Shown here piece after piece: positions 58,820 to 64,000 of a stretch of 64,000 nucleotides of DNA. This stretch comes from a virus. Where the stretch lies: IMG/VR virus record IMGVR_UViG_3300030060_008003, positions 27,502-91,501 of that record; one strand, given 5' to 3'. The translations under genes and the position numbers were made by a program. Numbering within the stretch: position 1 is the stretch's first letter; each line of letters begins with the position of its first letter. A model generated the notes under the pieces. The model was not told where the DNA came from, made no database searches, and saw only the letters and a list, made by a program, of their open reading frames with translations.

Positions 58820-59794
58820 ATGAGCACATATGTCGTAACTGGAGGATGTGGCTTTATTGGGTCATATGTAATTAAAGAGCTTCTTAAAAGCAAAGATGAG
58901 GACCTCTTTATCTACAATATTGATAAGATGGGCATTGGCTCTTCAGAAGAAAATATTGTTGAAGATGAGCGAGTTGAGCATCACTTTATGGATATTGCTA
59001 ATGGTGATGCATGGAGGCTTCATATGTCCAATCCATTAGATTTCATAACAGAAGATGTTGACTATGTCATCCACTTAGCTGCTGAGTCTCATGTTGATCG
59101 TTCTATTGACAATCCCTTAGAGTTTGTTGACTCAAATTTAAAAGGCACAGCTAACGTATTAGAGCTAGTAAGAAAGCATAGATCTAGAATGGTTCATGTA
59201 TCAACTGATGAAGTGTATGGTCATCTCGAAAGGGACGACCCTCCGTTTACTGAAGAAAGTCCTCTTGCTCCTAGATCACCTTACTCAGCAACTAAAGCTG
59301 GTTCTGATCTTCTCGTACAATCTTATATTGAGACATTCGGTATTGATGCTTCTATTACTAGATGCTGTAACAACTACGGACCACGACAAGGTGATGAGAA
59401 GTTAATTCCTACTGTAATTAGATCAATTGTCAAAGGTGATAAAATTCCTGTATATGGTACAGGAGAAAATATTAGAGAATGGATTCATGCTGAAGATCAT
59501 GCTAAGGCTATTATCGAAGTACTACTAACCGGAGAAGAACAGCTATATAATATTCCCGGAAGCGGTACATATACTAATGTAAAGCTAATTAATATTATCA
59601 TTCAGATGCTTGAGCTCTTTTATCCAGAATATAAGAGAGAGAAAAAAGAATATATTGAGTTTGTAAAAGACAGAGCAGGACATGATTTTAAATATGAGCT
59701 CTCTACTAAACACGACTTGCAAGCTGTAAAAGATCAGAAGAGCTTCTCTATTGAGGAAACAATAAAGTACTATGTTGAACAATACAAAGCTTAA
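58820..59794 (+). CDS. rmlB: dTDP-glucose 4,6-dehydratase
   Basis: VTGGCGFIGS, HLAAESHVDRSI, STDEVYG, YSATKA, NNYGPRQ, DRAGHD. Confidence 0.93.
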   Translation: MSTYVVTGGCGFIGSYVIKELLKSKDEDLFIYNIDKMGIGSSEENIVEDERVEHHFMDIANGDAWRLHMSNPLDFITEDVDYVIHLAAESHVDRSIDNPLEFVDSNLKGTANVLELVRKHRSRMVHVSTDEVYGHLERDDPPFTEESPLAPRSPYSATKAGSDLLVQSYIETFGIDASITRCCNNYGPRQGDEKLIPTVIRSIVKGDKIPVYGTGENIREWIHAEDHAKAIIEVLLTGEEQLYNIPGSGTYTNVKLINIIIQMLELFYPEYKREKKEYIEFVKDRAGHDFKYELSTKHDLQAVKDQKSFSIEETIKYYVEQYKA

Positions 59795-60279
59795 AGCTTG
59801 TTAGGGTCAACGTCAAAAAACTTTAAGAGCATCTCCTCCTCAGTCATTTCTTGCTCTACAACGGTTTCATCTTCTGTCTCTTCTGCATCGCTATAGTACT
59901 TGTAGATATCTTCTTCTTCCATACTATAGTCGAAGTTAGTTGACGTTGCTACGGTTGTATCAAACTTTGCTCTGATATCACCGATAATGGTATGCTTGAG
60001 TTGCTTTACAGCATCATCTTTTTCAGCTCTCTTTAAGAAGTCAGTTATATTATCTTTTGTAAACTTTCCTTTTAGAGCTTCAAAAGGATCTGGGTATGCA
60101 CTCCAAATGTGATGAACAAGATACTTTTGCGTAATCATTGCGCAGTCTCTGATAACATAGTAAGCTGATTTGTTTTGAATCTCCACGCCGATATCTGGCT
60201 TTTTATATGCGCGCTGCGCAGGCCCCAAAAGCTTAGCTTGTTTCTCTGAGCTATTTTCTAATATAATCTGTTCTAACAC
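59791..60279 (-). CDS. hypothetical late protein
   Basis: GTG at 60279 lies 5 nt after TAAATA; the ORF-track start at 60432 overlaps a plus-strand gene. Confidence 0.7.
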   Translation of the reverse strand: MLEQIILENSSEKQAKLLGPAQRAYKKPDIGVEIQNKSAYYVIRDCAMITQKYLVHHIWSAYPDPFEALKGKFTKDNITDFLKRAEKDDAVKQLKHTIIGDIRAKFDTTVATSTNFDYSMEEEDIYKYYSDAEETEDETVVEQEMTEEEMLLKFFDVDPNKL

Positions 60280-60305
60280 ATAATTATTTATGTTGCAATG
60301 TATAA

Positions 60306-60321
60306 GGAACCAGCTTATAAT
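60306..60321 (+). promoter_or_regulatory. GGAAC-N5-TATAAT promoter
   Basis: GGAAC CAGCT TATAAT. Confidence 0.6.
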
Positions 60322-60330
60322 AAGAAGGAA

Positions 60331-60519
60331 ATGCCTAAACGTAGACCTCCCATTAAACCGTTTGTTTATGGAAAGTATCTTGTCGAGTATCGAGAAGAGA
60401 AAGGCGGTATGCTTAGGTTTTATAAGGAACACATTGAAAATTATAAAGAGGCGGAAAAAATTCGCGAAAAGCTCTTAAGAGAGGGTTACTATGAACCAGT
60501 CATTAAAAAAATCGGATGA
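60331..60519 (+). CDS. small hypothetical protein
   Basis: ATG at 60331 lies downstream of GGAAC-N5-TATAAT (60306-60321). Confidence 0.6.
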   Translation: MPKRRPPIKPFVYGKYLVEYREEKGGMLRFYKEHIENYKEAEKIREKLLREGYYEPVIKKIG

Positions 60520-60968
60520 TCAGATTATTTCCATCAAGAAGAATACAGAAAGAGACAGATATTGATTTTGAATTATTGAGTAACATTTGTACGGATATAT
60601 TTGAAAAGGGATTTGGAAGAAAGATTAACATATACTGTAGGGTGTGGAAGAGCAGAGTTAAGGAACAATCAACTATGGAACGACCTTCACGAAGTATATG
60701 TTACTATAAAATGGACTTAGATATTGAGGGTAATAGACGATATATCTTTGGGAGTATTCTCCATGAATTAAGGCATGCCTTTCAGGAATATATTTTCCGT
60801 TTTACAGCTGTTGCGAGATTTGCGTCATATAATGCATACTACAACTCTAAAGAAGAGAAAGACGCTAGGAAGCAAGAGAAATTGACTACCGAGGTAATGA
60901 AAATATACGATACATTTAAGAGAGCTGAAGAAAAATTTAAGAGATTTAACTTAAAGGAACTAGGTTAA
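60516..60968 (+). CDS. HExxH zincin-like protein
   Basis: ILHELRHAFQ followed by Y...EEKDA. Confidence 0.6.
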   Translation: MIRLFPSRRIQKETDIDFELLSNICTDIFEKGFGRKINIYCRVWKSRVKEQSTMERPSRSICYYKMDLDIEGNRRYIFGSILHELRHAFQEYIFRFTAVARFASYNAYYNSKEEKDARKQEKLTTEVMKIYDTFKRAEEKFKRFNLKELG

Positions 60969-60971
60969 AAT
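60956..60971 (+). promoter_or_regulatory. GGAAC-N5-TAAAAT promoter
   Basis: GGAAC TAGGT TAAAAT upstream of the DUF932-like gene. Confidence 0.55.
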
Positions 60972-61007
60972 AAAAGGGTAGAACAAAACAAACCAAAATA
61001 AAAAAAA

Positions 61008-61847
61008 ATGGGATTCTTAACCGAAATCAACACACTAGAAGAAGTACCTCGCTTTGAGGTAAATAAAGTGCCGCTTAAAAATGACCGCGGCGAACATAAC
61101 GGGGTATTCGCTCTTGAACGCTCTGATAACGGCGCACACCTTGGTAGTTGCGGTAGAAAGTATCGTCCAATTCAGATGGATGAGATGTTTGACATCTTGG
61201 ATACAGCCAGCGATAAGGTAGGCGGTATTGAGCACAAAGGATTTACCTTTGCTGGAGAAGGCAAACGAGTCGTTGTTCAGTCGAAGCTCGGCGAACCGAT
61301 TGACGTTGAAGGTGATAAGGTAGATGGTTACTTCTATACTATCATTGATAATACTGGAATGAGTTCTAACAAGTGTGCTCCTTCCACTACTAGGATTGCT
61401 TGTGATAATGCTCTTCACTTGATTGAGAAGCGCCGTGGAGATAATCTCCGTCACTCAGCTACCTTCGATGCAAACGTTGAACGTATGGTTCATAGGATTG
61501 CTGAAAATATTGAAGACTTCAAAGGCTTTAACTCTACTATTGAGTTCTTAAAGAGCAATAAGTTTTCACGTGACCAGATGGTTAAGCTTACTCAGAAGCT
61601 TATTCCAGTTGAGAAGGACGAGTCTACTCGTAGGGTTAATCAGCGAGAAGGAATCGTAGAGCTCTACGCAAGTGGTCGAGGTAATGTTGGAGAGTCTCGT
61701 TGGGATGCTCTGAATGCTTTCACTGAGTTTGAAACTCATAACAGGAAGCAGTCTCCTGAGAAGCTCGTAAGGTCCCTGATGGGTAACACGCTCTCAACTA
61801 AAGCACTTAGGGTACTGAAGGAGCCTAAGATCCAGTGGGCCGGATAA
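61008..61847 (+). CDS. DUF932/DUF945-family phage protein
   Basis: YRPIQ, TRIACDNAL, RHS, GES-RWDALNAFTEF..H. Confidence 0.75.
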   Translation: MGFLTEINTLEEVPRFEVNKVPLKNDRGEHNGVFALERSDNGAHLGSCGRKYRPIQMDEMFDILDTASDKVGGIEHKGFTFAGEGKRVVVQSKLGEPIDVEGDKVDGYFYTIIDNTGMSSNKCAPSTTRIACDNALHLIEKRRGDNLRHSATFDANVERMVHRIAENIEDFKGFNSTIEFLKSNKFSRDQMVKLTQKLIPVEKDESTRRVNQREGIVELYASGRGNVGESRWDALNAFTEFETHNRKQSPEKLVRSLMGNTLSTKALRVLKEPKIQWAG

Positions 61848-61891
61848 ATATTCACAGAACATACATCCCGGAGTCCGATTTAGGACCCGGG

Positions 61892-62074
61892 GTGTTAGTT
61901 CAATCATACTACGAATTTGAGAAATCTATTCCTTGCATATCAAAGATGCGAGTATATTATGTAGATAATAAAGTAGTTGGTAAGGATATATCAGATGATT
62001 TGGATATATTTTGCCACCTTTATCTTACAAAGCTAGTAACAGAGGAGTTAAGTGAAATAAATAATGAATGGTAA
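61892..62074 (+). CDS. small hypothetical protein, start uncertain
   Basis: in-frame GTG at 61892 lies inside a hairpin; 61835 is an alternative start. Confidence 0.4.
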   Translation: MLVQSYYEFEKSIPCISKMRVYYVDNKVVGKDISDDLDIFCHLYLTKLVTEELSEINNEW

Positions 62075-62246
62075 AATCGGAGAATTTACGTTTGAATTAG
62101 ATAGTGAGTTAAGCAGAATTGCTGTATATAAAAGTGGAGATGGTACAGAGCCAGCTTGGTACATTACAGTAGGTCGAGATATTGACGAAAAGACTTTCCA
62201 TTATGAAATAATGGATTGGTATTCGAAGAAGGTAGAGAAACGATAA
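62064..62246 (+). CDS. small hypothetical protein
   Basis: 60-aa ORF in the early cluster. Confidence 0.6.
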   Translation: MNGKIGEFTFELDSELSRIAVYKSGDGTEPAWYITVGRDIDEKTFHYEIMDWYSKKVEKR

Positions 62247-62262
62247 GGAACTACGCTATAAT
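62247..62262 (+). promoter_or_regulatory. GGAAC-N5-TATAAT promoter
   Basis: GGAAC TACGC TATAAT, ATG 6 nt later. Confidence 0.65.
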
Positions 62263-62268
62263 AATAAT

Positions 62269-62457
62269 ATGACGGTAGATCTTACGAAAAGTGATAAGGA
62301 GTACGCTAAGCAGCATGGTCTTACGTACGGAGAAATGCGAGACTTCAAAGAAGATATGATTCGCGAAGAAGAAATGATGAGAACTTTCTACGAGACGAAG
62401 GAGAAAGAGCGCATCGATTTTAAAAATTCACCTCAATCTATTTACGCAGCATGGTAG
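62269..62457 (+). CDS. small hypothetical protein
   Basis: GGAAC-N5-TATAAT-N6-ATG. Confidence 0.7.
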   Translation: MTVDLTKSDKEYAKQHGLTYGEMRDFKEDMIREEEMMRTFYETKEKERIDFKNSPQSIYAAW

Positions 62458-62717
62458 ACGATAATATTAAAAATTGTATAAATTGTGGACGAGAAGTTGA
62501 AAAAGCAAGAGTTGAGTTCGGATTTAAAAACTGCGCTACGTGCGCGCATGCCGGCCCTGACGTCCCTAGACCGAAAGGTAGGATGGTATATGGTCATAAA
62601 ACCGGTGCAGAAATTGAGATCCTTTCAGAAGAGTCTTGGAACGAGAATAAGAAGTATTTTATCCCGAATGGTGCAAGGTCGGCGGTAAAGAACTTTAGTC
62701 GGTCTATTTGTTCATAA
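62451..62717 (+). CDS. C4 zinc-finger protein (DksA/TraR-like finger)
   Basis: CINC...ARVEFG..NCATC. Confidence 0.65.
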   Translation: MVDDNIKNCINCGREVEKARVEFGFKNCATCAHAGPDVPRPKGRMVYGHKTGAEIEILSEESWNENKKYFIPNGARSAVKNFSRSICS

Positions 62718-62853
62718 GAAGAGCCTCGATTCTATCGAGGCTCTTTTTGGTTTCGACTTTGTGTTTGGCTAATTCAGCCATTATGCTAATGCAAAAAAAC
62801 AGTATACCAAGTCCTATAATTGTACGAGTCCACCTGGCCTCGTCATGACTCAT
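62704..62853 (-). CDS. small single-TM protein (49 aa), not in the ORF track
   Basis: MSHDEARWTRTIIGLGILFFCISIMAELAKHKVETKKSLDRIEALLMNK*; TAATG-coupled to the upstream gene. Confidence 0.55.
   Translation of the reverse strand: MSHDEARWTRTIIGLGILFFCISIMAELAKHKVETKKSLDRIEALLMNK
62719..62748 (+). terminator. intrinsic terminator
   Basis: AAGAGCCTCGAT-tct-ATCGAGGCTCTT followed by T run, just after the stop at 62717. Confidence 0.85.
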
Positions 62854-63215
62854 TACTTGTCGTCTTTATCTTCGTCGTCGTGCTCGTCCTCTTCATCAGA
62901 GCCAAGCTTCTTAACTTTTTTCTTAGCTTTAGCTCCATGAGCAGTCTCTTCATCATGCTCTTTGATAACAACAACTCTAGCTTCATCAGCAGGTACAGAG
63001 ACTAATTGACCCTTATACTCAACATAATACTCTTCAATGACTCCATCACTTGTTAAGCTATGATCAACAACTGCGAACTCTTCATCTTCTTCACCCAGAC
63101 CTGGGTGTGCAATTGTCTTCGCTCAGGTATGTTGAATAGCGTCTGCTGCGCTGTTAATAAAATTTTCATCTAATCTCTTTAAGATTTCATTTGCTGCTTT
63201 ATCAAATTCACTCAT
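62853..63215 (-). CDS. candidate selenoprotein (120 aa, UGA at codon 31), not in the ORF track
   Basis: MSEFDKAANEILKRLDENFINSAADAIQHT-[TGA 63123-63125]-AKTIAHPGLGEEDEEFAVVDHSLTSDGVIEEYYVEYKGQLVSVPADEARVVVIKEH...DKDDK*; SECIS-like hairpin just downstream of the TGA. Confidence 0.78.
63092..63107 (-). promoter_or_regulatory. bacterial-type SECIS element (apical hairpin)
   Basis: mRNA CACCCAG-GU-CUGGGUG starting 16 nt after the UGA; CAGGUCUG apex as in E. coli fdhF. Confidence 0.75.
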
Positions 63216-63223
63216 AGTAATAT

Positions 63224-63229
63224 TATTTA
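63224..63229 (-). promoter_or_regulatory. T4-like late promoter (TAAATA) of the candidate selenoprotein gene
   Basis: AATAAATA, then 8 nt, then ATG at 63215. Confidence 0.7.
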
Positions 63230-63275
63230 TTGCAACCGTATTGATAATCTAGAAAACACTTTATAATTACAAAAC

Positions 63276-63350
63276 GCTCCTATAGTTCAACGGATAGAAC
63301 AAGGCACTTCTAATGCTTAGATCCAAGTTCGAGTCTTGGTAGGAGTACCA
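63276..63350 (+). tRNA. tRNA-Arg(UCU)
   Basis: acceptor GCTCCTA/TAGGAGT, anticodon loop CTTCTAA, GTTCGAG T-loop, encoded CCA. Confidence 0.93.
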
Positions 63351-63389
63351 TTAGTTGAAAGATAAACAACAGACACTATAATATAACAA

Positions 63390-63578
63390 ATGGAAGAGAG
63401 TACTGGAATCATCGTAGACTATTCTGATTGGACTAACCCGCCATCAACAGGCGGAACCCGGCCCGACCGCGGAACCTTTTCATATGGTTACACGACAGTA
63501 ATTTATATACCAGCTCAGGTCCCTAGGTTAAAAACAACGCATAACCTCCCTAATGGAGATGTTATTACAATCGGATAA
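63390..63578 (+). CDS. small hypothetical protein
   Basis: TTGAAA-N16-TATAAT-N7-ATG upstream. Confidence 0.45.
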   Translation: MEESTGIIVDYSDWTNPPSTGGTRPDRGTFSYGYTTVIYIPAQVPRLKTTHNLPNGDVITIG

Positions 63579-63579
63579 A

Positions 63580-63595
63580 GGAACCACAATATAAT
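63580..63595 (+). promoter_or_regulatory. GGAAC-N5-TATAAT promoter
   Basis: GGAAC CACAA TATAAT, ATG 6 nt later. Confidence 0.65.
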
Positions 63596-63601
63596 AAAAG
63601 C

Positions 63602-63937
63602 ATGAAGAAAGAATATTTTGAACTTAGGATTTTTATTTGTTTTATCATTACCTTACTGTATGTTAACTATACTGTAATGGTTAGTAAAAACGAAGAAGCG
63701 GAAGCTGTACAAGCTGTACAAGTTGTACAGGAAAAAGTTCTCGAAGGATTTGAGGTTCGAATTGTCAACGATCATACAAACGAGCGCCTAGAATTAACAG
63801 AGACTCTAGGTCAAGCACTAGCTTATATCGAACAATACTCAATGCATCATGAAGATCTTGTAGCATTTGATCTATCTACTGGTTCTAAAGTAGGTAGTAG
63901 TGATAAGGGTAATGGTGTCATTTATACTGGATTTTAA
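63602..63937 (+). CDS. hypothetical protein with an N-terminal TM segment
   Basis: GGAAC-N5-TATAAT-N6-ATG; hydrophobic residues ~10-27. Confidence 0.65.
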   Translation: MKKEYFELRIFICFIITLLYVNYTVMVSKNEEAEAVQAVQVVQEKVLEGFEVRIVNDHTNERLELTETLGQALAYIEQYSMHHEDLVAFDLSTGSKVGSSDKGNGVIYTGF

Positions 63938-63941
63938 ACTA

Positions 63942-64000
63942 GCGCTTGTAGCTCAGTGGTTAGAGCACACGACTCATAATCGTTAGGTCCTGGGTTCAAA
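63942..64000 (+). tRNA. tRNA with CAU anticodon (likely Ile2, possibly Met), truncated by the window end
   Basis: GCTCAGTGGTTAGAGC D-arm; CGA-CTCATAA-TCG anticodon arm resembles bacterial tRNA-Ile2; GGTTCAAA T-loop. Confidence 0.85.

Noticed and set aside
30767-59794. Giant eukaryotic virus or cellular origin suggested by the RFC-like, UER1-like, SOD and GuaC genes
   Set aside because: These genes are embedded among clear contractile-tail genes (gp6, gp18, gp19, gp25), a T4-like terminase and T4-type late promoters
62820-63005. Plus-strand 61-aa ORF from the track
   Set aside because: TTG start with no promoter; it is the antisense shadow of the acidic tail of the minus-strand read-through gene
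1-64000. Genome-wide UGA reassignment (code 4 or 25) as the explanation for the in-frame TGA at 63123
   Set aside because: All long genes are intact under code 11, Trp is encoded by TGG, and TGA serves as a normal stop (e.g. 1819-1821, 3642-3644, 55624-55626, 57571-57573)

Overview
AT-rich (roughly one-third GC), densely coding segment of a large T4-like myovirus, probably aquatic and uncultured. It holds replication genes (RNase H-type 5'-3' exonuclease, primase, clamp loader, dUTPase) and a long minus-strand virion module: tail fibres and adhesins, baseplate gp6/gp25/gp53-like genes, tape measure, tail tube, sheath and large terminase. It also holds a gp14-like neck gene, auxiliary metabolic genes (Fe/Mn SOD, GMP reductase, an NDP-rhamnose-type sugar cluster, three glycosyltransferases), small early genes and the start of a tRNA cluster. 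Top finding: a gene missing from the ORF track (62853..63215, minus strand) has an in-frame UGA followed by a hairpin with the apical sequence of the E. coli fdhF SECIS (CAG-GU-CUG), so it is a candidate phage-encoded selenoprotein. Second theme: an apparent virion-glycosylation system, with glycosyltransferases next to mucin-like and Cys/Gly-rich fibres and a strongly enriched L-S-[A/G] motif in outer virion proteins. The genes appear to be expressed mostly as leaderless mRNAs from two promoter classes (TAAATA-N5-9-start and GGAAC-N5-TATAAT-N6-ATG), and this pattern also exposes a nested in-frame gene. All family calls come from motif recognition by eye; no searches were run.
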